From: an uncultured Gammaproteobacteria bacterium
GTDB taxonomy: Bacteria > Patescibacteriota > Patescibacteriia > UBA9934
Direction of reading: 5' to 3'
Length of the DNA: 38,365 bases
Assembly (NCBI GenBank): GCA_964644265.1
Contig: CAZXUX010000002.1
Span: forward strand, 1-38,365
The translations under genes and the position numbers were made by a program. Of this stretch, positions 6,597 to 13,788 are shown in pieces. Each line of letters begins with the position of its first letter. The first letter of the stretch is position 1. The notes beneath the pieces are model-generated. The model was given only the letters and a program-made list of their open reading frames with translations, did not search any database and had not been told where the DNA came from.

Positions 6597-6940
6597 GGTG
6601 GGACTTCGCCCCATCCCCCCTGATACTTTCTTTCGGAACAAAGAAAGTATCCAAAGAAACTACGTAGCCGCCTATTCGACTCTACCGGGGATAGGCCAGG
6701 CAGAACTCGGGCAGTCCATATTCCGGTCAATACTCTACTACCTGAGGATTACATGACCCTTTTTGTATTGACCGGAGATGGCCTGCGTTGCCTCGTTCTA
6801 TTGCCTGGCCATAACCCCGTCATATTCGAGGACGGCGTGAACCAATGCGTGAGGGCTCATGTGACGCAATCTCTCGTTGCAACCTGTCGATTGCCACCAA
6901 ACGGACCCCTCGCTGTCGCTCGGGGTCTGGCTCGTGAGAT
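6597..6940 (+). repeat. Structured dispersed repeat, copy B (its 5' leader is displaced to 6374-6400 by the 6401-6590 insertion)
   Basis: Nearly identical to copy A through most of its length. All helices are intact (12-bp hairpin 6622-6651, 12-bp helix 6722-6733/6765-6776). Confidence 0.85.
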
Positions 6941-7057
6941 ATGACGCTCCCTGGCCTTACGGCCTTGAGGGTATCCGTCATAAGTTTTTATTGACGCTTA
7001 CGCTTCGCGTTCCCTGAGCTGAGCCCCCGCCCTTACGGGACGGGGTTTCAAGTGGAA

Positions 7058-7090
7058 GTAATAAAAAAGACTCCCGTGAGAGAGTCTTGC
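7058..7090 (-). terminator. Rho-independent terminator of the pilin-like operon
   Basis: Minus strand reads aagactc-tctcacgg-gagtctt followed by ttttttatt, about 15 nt after the stop at 7106. Confidence 0.75.
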
Positions 7091-7105
7091 TGCTTTGAAA
7101 AATGT

Positions 7106-7489
7106 TTACCCTGTGCCTGTTGCGGTGGTGAGTTGTTCGATGACGAAACTTGAGATGGCGTAGGCAGAGAGCAGGATTACTAGACCAACAACCGAGGTGG
7201 TCATGATGCCCCTGGCTGTCTTTACCTTGCCGTCATCGCCAGCGGCGGTCATCCAGAGGAAACCGGCGTAGATGATGAGAACCAAGAAAATGATACCCAG
7301 CAAGCCGAGGAACACGTTGATCAAAGTACCGATCGTCTGTTCCAATGGCTGGTTGCCGAAGCCGGCGGTATCGTTTACGTCTTCAAGCGCTCCGGTGATG
7401 TCTACCTGCGCATTGGCGCGAGGCGCGACTAAACCGCTAAGAGGTAGAGCCAGCAACGCTGTGCCGACCAAAAGGTGTTTCAGTTTCAT
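7106..7489 (-). CDS. TrbC/VirB2-like 'T4SS pilin' family small membrane protein (paralog 6)
   Basis: Signal peptide MKLKHLLVGTALLALPLSGLVAPRANA. Shared core LINVFLGLLGIIFLVLIIYAGFLWMTAAGDDGKVKTARGIM..GLVILLSAYAI (two TM helices around a short charged loop). Start trimmed to M14. Confidence 0.8.
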   Translation of the reverse strand: MKLKHLLVGTALLALPLSGLVAPRANAQVDITGALEDVNDTAGFGNQPLEQTIGTLINVFLGLLGIIFLVLIIYAGFLWMTAAGDDGKVKTARGIMTTSVVGLVILLSAYAISSFVIEQLTTATGTG

Positions 7490-7558
7490 AATAGGCATTT
7501 GATTTGTTAAAAGTATACACGACTCCACTGCTAACTCATTTAACTAGTGTGCATAGGT

Positions 7559-7939
7559 TTATATCCCCGTCCCTGTAGTTGCCACACCAAGAGCACCGAC
7601 AATGAATTCGGCGATGGCGTAGGCAGAGAGCAGGATTACTAGACCAACAACCGAGGTGGTCATGATATTCTTAGCTGTCTTTACCTGGCCGTCATTGCCA
7701 GCGGCGGTCATCCAGAGGAAACCGGCGTAGATGATGAGAATCAGGAAAATGACGCCGATGAGACTAAATAGAACATTGATCAATGTACCAATAATTACAG
7801 CAAGGTCGGTTTGTGCACCAGGACCATAGGAAGCCTTCCCGGCATCATCAAGGCCGGTATCAAAGACTTGTGCAGCCACCGCTCCCGGAGCGGCCGTTAG
7901 TACTAGCAGAAAAAAACTGAGAGCTATTTTTTTTAACAT
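7559..7939 (-). CDS. TrbC/VirB2-like 'T4SS pilin' family small membrane protein (paralog 5)
   Basis: Same core (IIYAGFLWMTAAGNDGQVKTAKNIM). Start trimmed to M12 (ATG 7937-7939), which removes the overlap with the upstream gene. Confidence 0.8.
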   Translation of the reverse strand: MLKKIALSFFLLVLTAAPGAVAAQVFDTGLDDAGKASYGPGAQTDLAVIIGTLINVLFSLIGVIFLILIIYAGFLWMTAAGNDGQVKTAKNIMTTSVVGLVILLSAYAIAEFIVGALGVATTGTGI

Positions 7940-7943
7940 AAAA

Positions 7944-8318
7944 CTAAGCGCCGGTAGCTGGAGAGAGCGCATTAATTACCGTATTGGTAATTACGTAGGC
8001 CATGGCCATCAATACTGCCCCGGTTATCGAAGCGATCAAAATATCTTTCGCGTGCTTTACCCGGCCTGAGTCACCCTGCGAGGTCATCCAAAGGAATCCG
8101 GCGTAAACGGTAAGTACCAAGAAGATAAGTCCGGTCAAGCCCAAAACGGGTGCGATGATATAGGTTCCGATAAAGGTAGCAATATTGAGATCGCCCGGGG
8201 TACCAAAGACCTCATCACCGGTGGCTGTTAAGCCACTGGAATCAGCATTGAACTGCGCCAAAGCCATGCCAGGCAATAATAGCTGTATGGCGATAGCCAG
8301 AGCGACCAGTTTTCGCAT
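7944..8318 (-). CDS. TrbC/VirB2-like 'T4SS pilin' family small membrane protein (paralog 4)
   Basis: Signal peptide MRKLVALAIAIQLLLPGMALA. Core VYAGFLWMTSQGDSGRVKHAKDIL. Confidence 0.8.
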   Translation of the reverse strand: MRKLVALAIAIQLLLPGMALAQFNADSSGLTATGDEVFGTPGDLNIATFIGTYIIAPVLGLTGLIFLVLTVYAGFLWMTSQGDSGRVKHAKDILIASITGAVLMAMAYVITNTVINALSPATGA

Positions 8319-8388
8319 AGTGCAGGCCCCCACTTCGCTCTAAGTCTGCAACCTAGAGCTACGTTGGGGGTCCTCAGCGTGAGAAAAC

Positions 8389-8784
8389 CTATTGAGTAGC
8401 TTCGATGAGCGATGAGATGACGAAGCTAGCAATGGCGTAGGCGGACAAGATGATTGCCAAGCCAATGATGCCGGCAATAATCAGACGCTTTGCTTCTGCC
8501 ACCTTCTCATCATTACCGCCAGCTACCATCCACTTAAAGCCACCGTACAAAATGATGACTACCGCGATTACACCCAAGAAACCAAGGGCGACGCGAATGA
8601 GCTGACCAATGGTGTCCTGAAGATCTGCCTGACCGAGTCCGGTGGTGTCACCGAAATTCGAGTTCAGAATGTCTTCTGCCTCAAGCGGTTGGGCGTGGAC
8701 AATGGGCGACAAGCGAACGAAGGGCAAGACAAGTGCCAAGCCTAGAGCGACGCTGACGCCAAAACGAATGAGTTGCTTCACCAT
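8389..8784 (-). CDS. TrbC/VirB2-like 'T4SS pilin' family small membrane protein (paralog 3)
   Basis: Signal peptide, then core ILYGGFKWMVAGGNDEKVAEAKRLI..GLAIILSAYAI. Confidence 0.8.
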   Translation of the reverse strand: MVKQLIRFGVSVALGLALVLPFVRLSPIVHAQPLEAEDILNSNFGDTTGLGQADLQDTIGQLIRVALGFLGVIAVVIILYGGFKWMVAGGNDEKVAEAKRLIIAGIIGLAIILSAYAIASFVISSLIEATQ

Positions 8785-8825
8785 AGTGAAAAGTTGAATT
8801 AAATACTTCTAAAATTGTATCACGC

Positions 8826-9194
8826 CTAAGGCGCGGTAGTGGCACTGCCTGTGGTCAAGGCTTGGATAACTGCGTTAACCACCACATACGAAGCGGCAAT
8901 CATGGCCAAGCCGAGCACTGCCCAAACCAAAATCTTCTTACCTTTATCAATCCTAGCCGACTCCCCCATCGACGTAATCCAGAGCACTCCGCCGTAGACG
9001 AACATAAGAAGAGCAATAGAACCGACCACGGAAAGTATGGCTTGAATGAGGCGACCAATTAGCAGACGGGGGTCGGTAGCCTCTGGGCCTGAACCCAAGG
9101 GATTGATTAGCTCGACTGCTTTGACGGCGTGCGGTAAAGCGCCAAGCAAGGCGATGGCTAAGTAAGCCGAAAAGTATGACAAATATCTATTCAT
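8826..9194 (-). CDS. TrbC/VirB2-like 'T4SS pilin' family small membrane protein (paralog 2)
   Basis: Signal peptide, then core FVYGGVLWITSMGESARIDKGKKIL..GLAMIAASYVV. Start is 2 nt after the upstream stop. Confidence 0.8.
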   Translation of the reverse strand: MNRYLSYFSAYLAIALLGALPHAVKAVELINPLGSGPEATDPRLLIGRLIQAILSVVGSIALLMFVYGGVLWITSMGESARIDKGKKILVWAVLGLAMIAASYVVVNAVIQALTTGSATTAP

Positions 9195-9196
9195 AA

Positions 9197-9697
9197 TTAA
9201 GGACTGAGCGAATCTGTATTGTCTTGAGCGTTATTTATGGTGTCGTTGATCGTTCCGGCTGGCCTATCGCCGGCGACAGAGGCGATCACGAAGTTCATAA
9301 TTGCGTACGCGCCCAAAACTAAAGCCAAGCCGATAATGGCGTTTACTACGGTTTGTTTACCTCGATTAACGCGCTCTGGATCACCTTCTGAGGTAATCCA
9401 GACAAATCCACCATAAACAAACATAAGTAAAACTACCGAGCCGATAATGCCCAAGATGCCGGTGCTGATGTTTACAAAAATCTGAAGCACTTGATCAACT
9501 GAACACTGACCAGAATCCCGACACGGGCAGTCAGTAGAAGTGCAGTCTGGCATGTTGGCGAAAATCAAACCGTTATCCATGATTGACTGATAGCCGCTCT
9601 CGACGTCTGACTGTGCAAATACTGGCACTGCACTGAAAAAAAAGAGTGACAAAAAAGCGCTGGCTAGAACTATGGTTAACGCCAAGCTGCGGAACAT
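9197..9697 (-). CDS. TrbC/VirB2-like 'T4SS pilin' family protein, Cys-rich variant (paralog 1, first gene of operon)
   Basis: Signal peptide. Insert CTSTDCPCRDSGQCS. Core FVYGGFVWITSEGDPERVNRGKQTV..GLALVLGAYAI. Extra polar C-terminal tail. Confidence 0.8.
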   Translation of the reverse strand: MFRSLALTIVLASAFLSLFFFSAVPVFAQSDVESGYQSIMDNGLIFANMPDCTSTDCPCRDSGQCSVDQVLQIFVNISTGILGIIGSVVLLMFVYGGFVWITSEGDPERVNRGKQTVVNAIIGLALVLGAYAIMNFVIASVAGDRPAGTINDTINNAQDNTDSLSP

Positions 9698-9705
9698 ATG
9701 GCGTT

Positions 9706-9714
9706 AGTATAGCA
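9706..9714 (-). promoter_or_regulatory. Extended -10 (TGCTATACT) 8 nt upstream of the pilin-operon ATG (leaderless-type)
   Basis: Minus strand reads tgctatact-aacgccat-ATG. No Shine-Dalgarno. Confidence 0.5.
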
Positions 9715-9726
9715 CGTGCGTTTATT

Positions 9727-9866
9727 TTGGCCGTTGGCTTTTGGCTGGTGGCCATTGGCCGTATACATTGCGATGCAGCCTTTAGCCGTTAGCCTTTTAC
9801 ATAGCCGTTAGAATTTAGCTATTAGCTCCTGTACGCTCAGATGAGCCGCCAACAGCCAAAGGCCAA
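9727..9866. repeat. Inverted arrays of phased TTGGC heptamers flanking TTAGC heptamers
   Basis: ttggccg|ttggctt|ttggctg|gtggcca|ttggccg (9727-9761). TTAGC units at 9782-9828. Inverted ccgccaa|cagccaa|aggccaa (9846-9866). Arms ggccgttggcttttggctg / cagccaaaggccaacggcc can pair (19 bp, 1 mismatch). Confidence 0.8.
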
Positions 9867-9885
9867 CGGCCTCGCAATATATGCG

Positions 9886-11265
9886 CTAGTATGTTTCCGA
9901 CACTGCGTCAGCGGCCTTCTCGATGGCTTCTACTGGGTCGGCGCCAGACAAAACCTCGTCGGTAAAGGCATTTAGCGCAGCCTCGGCAACGTCGGCATCG
10001 CTGCCCTTGTACCAGCTTTCGGCGGTCAAAACCTGTTCAACGGCCGAACCGATCTGCTCGTCGTTCAACTGACTATTTATTAGACCGCGCAAAGCAGTTG
10101 GTTTATTTGCTTGCTCTAAATAGGAAACAACTTGTTCTTGAGAGGTAGCAAACTGCACAAAATCCCAAGCGTAATCTTGGTGCTTACTAGACTTAGACAC
10201 GCTTTCTACCCAGTAATTAGCGAAATTAACCTGCTTGCCGCCAGCAATCTGCGGAACTTTGCTTATTGAGTAATCAAGCCGCGGCGCAGCAGCCTCTAGC
10301 AATGGAATGTGGTAGCTATAGCCAAAGAAGAAGGCGGTTTGACCGTTAGCGAAAGCCTCAAAGGAATTTGGGAAGGTGTCGTTCCAGGTATAAACGTCCT
10401 TAATCGGGTTGGCGAAATCGGTCAAAAAGCGAGCTGCGTCTAGCCCGGGGAAAATTTCTCGCGGCAGGCCATCGGGAATGGTGTGAAAGGCTACTCGGCC
10501 ACGCTCGTCGGTCATTTCTGTACCGTTCTGCAGCATCAACAAAGACAAAATGTCTGAAGACCGCTCAACATTGGCCGACGTCCCAAGAGCTGCAGCCGAT
10601 TGACTAATACCGCCCTGATCGTTGTAAACCGTAATGGCTCTAACAGCACTCTGAAAATCATCCCAGGTGACTGGCGCAGCTGCTACGCCGGCGGCATCGA
10701 GCAAGTCCTTGTTAGCAAACAAGACCAAGCTATCGACCGAGAGAGGCAGGCCGAAGATGCGCTTTTCTGGGTCTAACTTAGGATCAGGACGATAGTTGCG
10801 AATGACGTCCGAAGCCACGACATCGACAAAGCGCTCTTTTAGGGCTTTTTCGCTCAACGTTGGTTCGACACGCTCAACTAAGGTGGTCTCTTTGCGAATA
10901 GTTCCCTTGGTCTCTAAGTATGCAACGTTGACCGATGGCGGCATGGGCGCCATTAAACTTTCGAATTCACCAATCTTGGTGTTGTGGACCGAAAACATAT
11001 CCGGCCCCTTGCCTTCAGCAATTGCCCGCACTAATTCGCCTTCGTATTCATCTGAGCGCAGTTTGCGGTAGTGAATAACAATGTTCGGGTGTAAAGCCTC
11101 GTAGGCATCGATAATATCTTTAAAAGTATCGTCCTCGTCGTAAACGCGCCAATAGTCAAGGGTGATTTCTTCTATGTTAGACGTTGTGCCGCCGCCAAAA
11201 CAACCGGCGCCAAACGACAGAAGGAGGAGCAGAGACAAGGCGCGCAGGCCGAATTGCTTGGTCAT
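9886..11265 (-). CDS. ABC-transporter-type extracellular solute-binding lipoprotein (sugar-type)
   Basis: Lipobox LLSFGAGC. Size and overall pattern fit family-1 solute-binding proteins. No permease or ATPase gene adjacent. Confidence 0.7.
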   Translation of the reverse strand: MTKQFGLRALSLLLLLSFGAGCFGGGTTSNIEEITLDYWRVYDEDDTFKDIIDAYEALHPNIVIHYRKLRSDEYEGELVRAIAEGKGPDMFSVHNTKIGEFESLMAPMPPSVNVAYLETKGTIRKETTLVERVEPTLSEKALKERFVDVVASDVIRNYRPDPKLDPEKRIFGLPLSVDSLVLFANKDLLDAAGVAAAPVTWDDFQSAVRAITVYNDQGGISQSAAALGTSANVERSSDILSLLMLQNGTEMTDERGRVAFHTIPDGLPREIFPGLDAARFLTDFANPIKDVYTWNDTFPNSFEAFANGQTAFFFGYSYHIPLLEAAAPRLDYSISKVPQIAGGKQVNFANYWVESVSKSSKHQDYAWDFVQFATSQEQVVSYLEQANKPTALRGLINSQLNDEQIGSAVEQVLTAESWYKGSDADVAEAALNAFTDEVLSGADPVEAIEKAADAVSETY

Positions 11266-11268
11266 ATA

Positions 11269-12147
11269 TTATTCGCAAAAAGCTTTCAAAAATGCCTTTA
11301 GATCGTCTTTGACTTCGGGGTGCTTTAAGCCCAATTCAATTTGCGCCACAATAAACTGAAACTTATTGCCGCAATCATAACGAATACCGTCAAACTTGCA
11401 GCCGTACATGGCATTGCCATTCTTTAGATGCGTAGCGAAGGCGTCGGCCAGGCGAATTTCGCCATCTTTGCCGGGCTCTTGGCTTTCTAAAAGACGTAGA
11501 ATTTCTGGCGTAATAACGTAGCGACCAACAGCTGCTAAGTTTGATGGCGCTTCGGCTGGGTCTGGTTTCTCGACAAATTCTTTAACTTGCCAAGTGGCAT
11601 CATCAATCTCCGCCCCGCCGATGACTCCGTAACTGCCAACCTTTGACTTGGGCACTTCTTGAATGGCAACAACTGGATCGTGATATTTTTCGAACGTAGA
11701 AATAAGCTGACCAATGGCTGGAATTTCGCCCGAAATAATATCGTCGCCGAAAAGCACGGCTACCGACTCGTCGTCGCCCACAAATGGCGCGGCCGCCAAA
11801 ATAGCGTGACCATCACCAAGCGGTTTAGCCTGCCGCACGAAAGCAAATTTTGCTAAATGGCCGATGGCCTCAATTGAGGCCAGCTCTTTCATCTTTTTCT
11901 TTTGTTCCAGGCGGTACTCAAGCTCAAAGTTGCGATCGAAATGATCCTCGATGGCTCGTTTGCCCATGGCGGTGACGAAAATTACCTCCTCGATTCCGGC
12001 CGCCACGGCTTCTTCGACAATATATTGAATCACCGGCTTATCAACCACCGGTAACATCTCTTTTGGCTGCGCTTTGGTGGCAGGCAAAAATCGAGTACCC
12101 ATTCCGGCAACAGGAATAATTGCCTTGCGAATACGAGAGTCGGGCAT
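11269..12147 (-). CDS. galU: UTP--glucose-1-phosphate uridylyltransferase
   Basis: N-terminal IPVAGMGTRFLPATKAQPKEMLPVVDKPVIQYIVEEA and VGRYV motifs are typical of GalU. Confidence 0.9.
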   Translation of the reverse strand: MPDSRIRKAIIPVAGMGTRFLPATKAQPKEMLPVVDKPVIQYIVEEAVAAGIEEVIFVTAMGKRAIEDHFDRNFELEYRLEQKKKMKELASIEAIGHLAKFAFVRQAKPLGDGHAILAAAPFVGDDESVAVLFGDDIISGEIPAIGQLISTFEKYHDPVVAIQEVPKSKVGSYGVIGGAEIDDATWQVKEFVEKPDPAEAPSNLAAVGRYVITPEILRLLESQEPGKDGEIRLADAFATHLKNGNAMYGCKFDGIRYDCGNKFQFIVAQIELGLKHPEVKDDLKAFLKAFCE

Positions 12148-12156
12148 AGCTGGCTT

Positions 12157-12165
12157 ATTATAGCA
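12157..12165 (-). promoter_or_regulatory. Extended -10 (TGCTATAAT) 9 nt upstream of the galU ATG (leaderless-type)
   Basis: Minus strand reads tgctataat-aagccagct-ATG. Confidence 0.5.
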
Positions 12166-12177
12166 CTTTGTGTTTGT

Positions 12178-12592
12178 GGGGCTTCGCCCCTACCCTAAAA
12201 AATACTTTTCTTTCAATCACCAAAGAAAAGTATCCAAAAGAAGTCTCTGCCGCCTTTCGAATCTGGCCGGGGATAGGCCAGGCAGAACTCGGGCAGAACT
12301 AAATCTAGCCAATTCTTATTCCTGAGGATTACATGGCTCTAGTTGTATTGACTAGATGTAGTTCTACATTCCTTCGTTCTATTGCCTGGCCATAACCCCG
12401 TCATATTCGAGGGCGGCGTGAACCGATGCGTGAGGACTCAGGGTGAGTAACCTCTCGTTGTAACCTAACGATTGCCACCAAACGGACCCCTCGCTGTCGC
12501 TCGGGGTCGAGCTCGTGCAGGTGTGCGATGGACGCGAGACGACCCTGACCCCGCACCTTTTGACTTTGTCGACTGAAAAAGGTGCGGGGGAA
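12178..12592 (+). repeat. Structured dispersed repeat, copy C (most diverged full copy) with an extra 13-bp 3' hairpin
   Basis: Collinear with A and B from ggggcttcgcccc (12178) to tcggggtc (12508). Carries compensatory changes in helices. Extra hairpin ccccgcacctttt..aaaaggtgcgggg at about 12548-12590. Confidence 0.85.
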
Positions 12593-12624
12593 GGGTCTAT
12601 CATGTGGTGTATTGGAAATTAGAG

Positions 12625-13503
12625 CTACTGTTTTCGAGCGAGAAGCATGAAACTCAGTATCTCCATCTGCGCCTCGGGCTTGCGGAAGTGACGAGCTAGA
12701 CCAGGCTGATCGCGTTTGAGGATTTTGTCAGTTACCGAAGTAACAGGAATGACTCGGATGTCCCGCCAACCGAGGTTTTCGAGTACTTCTTTGTAAATGT
12801 GCGGGCGAATTCTGTTGGGGATGCCAGAAAATTTGGCTAAACGATACAGCAAACGCGAGTAGCGGTAGATATTCAGCGGATCGCGGTCGCGGATGACTCG
12901 TGTATGTGTTTGCAAGTCGACATGAAGGCAAGCAACTCCCCCGCTGGCCGTGACTCGATCTATTTCGCGGAGCGTTTTTGGCACGTCATCAACGTGCTCA
13001 AGGGCGGCATTACTCACTACCCGATCAAACGAGGAGTCAGCAAAGTCTTTAAATGAAAAGAACTGATCGTGGACATAGCGAATTTTACCGGTGTGACCGA
13101 TTGTGAAGTCGTCGAAGGCCTGACGAGCTACGCGGCTATCCAAGCGTCGCATGGAAGCAAAAAGATCTTCGTATAAAGCACGTGGCGTCTGCGCTATGAG
13201 ATTGTTAATATCAATAGCTGCGTACGATTGTGCACCTTCTTCTGCTAAAAGCATAAGCGCCACACCCAAGTCGGCGCCGGGGCCAATTTCAAACACACGT
13301 TTGGCACTAAATACAGCGCCTTCGCCAAGATAATCTTCGAGCGCCTGGCGCCAACGATCTACGACTTCGCGGTCGTAGGCGATAGCTTTTTTAGTATTGG
13401 TGACTGAAAACTCGCGTGGTCGACGATAACCGGCGATAGCGTAACGAACTTTATTGGCAAACAAGATGCCTAGACCGAGCCAGTAATAAAATATCCGCCG
13501 CAT
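12625..13503 (-). CDS. Class I SAM-dependent methyltransferase
   Basis: Motif I VFEIGPGADLGVAL, and downstream FDRVVSNAALEHV, typical of Methyltransf_11/25-type enzymes. Confidence 0.75.
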   Translation of the reverse strand: MRRIFYYWLGLGILFANKVRYAIAGYRRPREFSVTNTKKAIAYDREVVDRWRQALEDYLGEGAVFSAKRVFEIGPGADLGVALMLLAEEGAQSYAAIDINNLIAQTPRALYEDLFASMRRLDSRVARQAFDDFTIGHTGKIRYVHDQFFSFKDFADSSFDRVVSNAALEHVDDVPKTLREIDRVTASGGVACLHVDLQTHTRVIRDRDPLNIYRYSRLLYRLAKFSGIPNRIRPHIYKEVLENLGWRDIRVIPVTSVTDKILKRDQPGLARHFRKPEAQMEILSFMLLARKQ

Positions 13504-13512
13504 ATTGGCCGA

Positions 13513-13518
13513 AGTATA
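13513..13518 (-). promoter_or_regulatory. -10 box TATACT 9 nt upstream of the methyltransferase ATG (leaderless-type)
   Basis: Minus strand reads tatact-tcggccaat-ATG. Confidence 0.4.
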
Positions 13519-13522
13519 GCCT

Positions 13523-13550
13523 AAAAAAATAAGGGGCTCGACTCGCCCCT
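13523..13550 (-). terminator. Rho-independent terminator of the small GC-rich gene
   Basis: Minus strand reads aggggc-gagtcga-gcccct, then tta, then ttttttt. The stem overlaps the stop codon. Confidence 0.7.
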
Positions 13551-13738
13551 CACACCATGGTCAGCTTGTCGTCTCGCCGCTGCTGCGCCAGCTGGTACTG
13601 CCGCATAGCCAGGCGCCGCAGGCGCGCGTCTTCGCGCTCTTCGTGACCCAGTCGGAGCCACAAATGCAGCAGCCCGAGGAGCGACCGCGGCACGACGAAG
13701 ACCAACACGATCACCAGCAAGGCAATGATCGTCTGCAT
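13550..13738 (-). CDS. Hypothetical 62-aa single-TM peptide with an Arg-rich tail (GC-rich patch)
   Basis: AAGGAGG 6 nt upstream of ATG 13736-13738. MQTIIALLVIVLVFVV TM segment. Own terminator. Confidence 0.5.
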   Translation of the reverse strand: MQTIIALLVIVLVFVVPRSLLGLLHLWLRLGHEEREDARLRRLAMRQYQLAQQRRDDKLTMV

Positions 13739-13788
13739 AGCCACCTCCTTGTGCGGCAGACAATAAAACAAACCCCTTCACTTGGCAA

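Noticed and set aside
6941-7050. Series of GC hairpins with cttacgg-type loops (atgacg..cgtcat enclosing ccctggccttacggccttgaggg; gcccccgcccttacgggacgggg) as a separate RNA gene. A similar ccctacgccttacgggcaggg is at 3766-3786
   Set aside because: These are short, unrelated stems with no conservation in the other repeat copies. They are probably structural or terminator-like filler at the 3' flank of copy B, and there is insufficient evidence for a distinct feature.
9727-9866. The heptamer arrays as a CRISPR array or minisatellite
   Set aside because: The units are 7 nt with no spacers and there are no cas genes. It is a short phased motif array, reported as a regulatory or structural candidate instead.
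1066-12592. The repeats as the template/variable repeats of a diversity-generating retroelement, or as a retron ncRNA
   Set aside because: There is no reverse transcriptase gene in the window. Differences between copies are not adenine-specific. The copies are intergenic rather than at the 3' end of a target gene.
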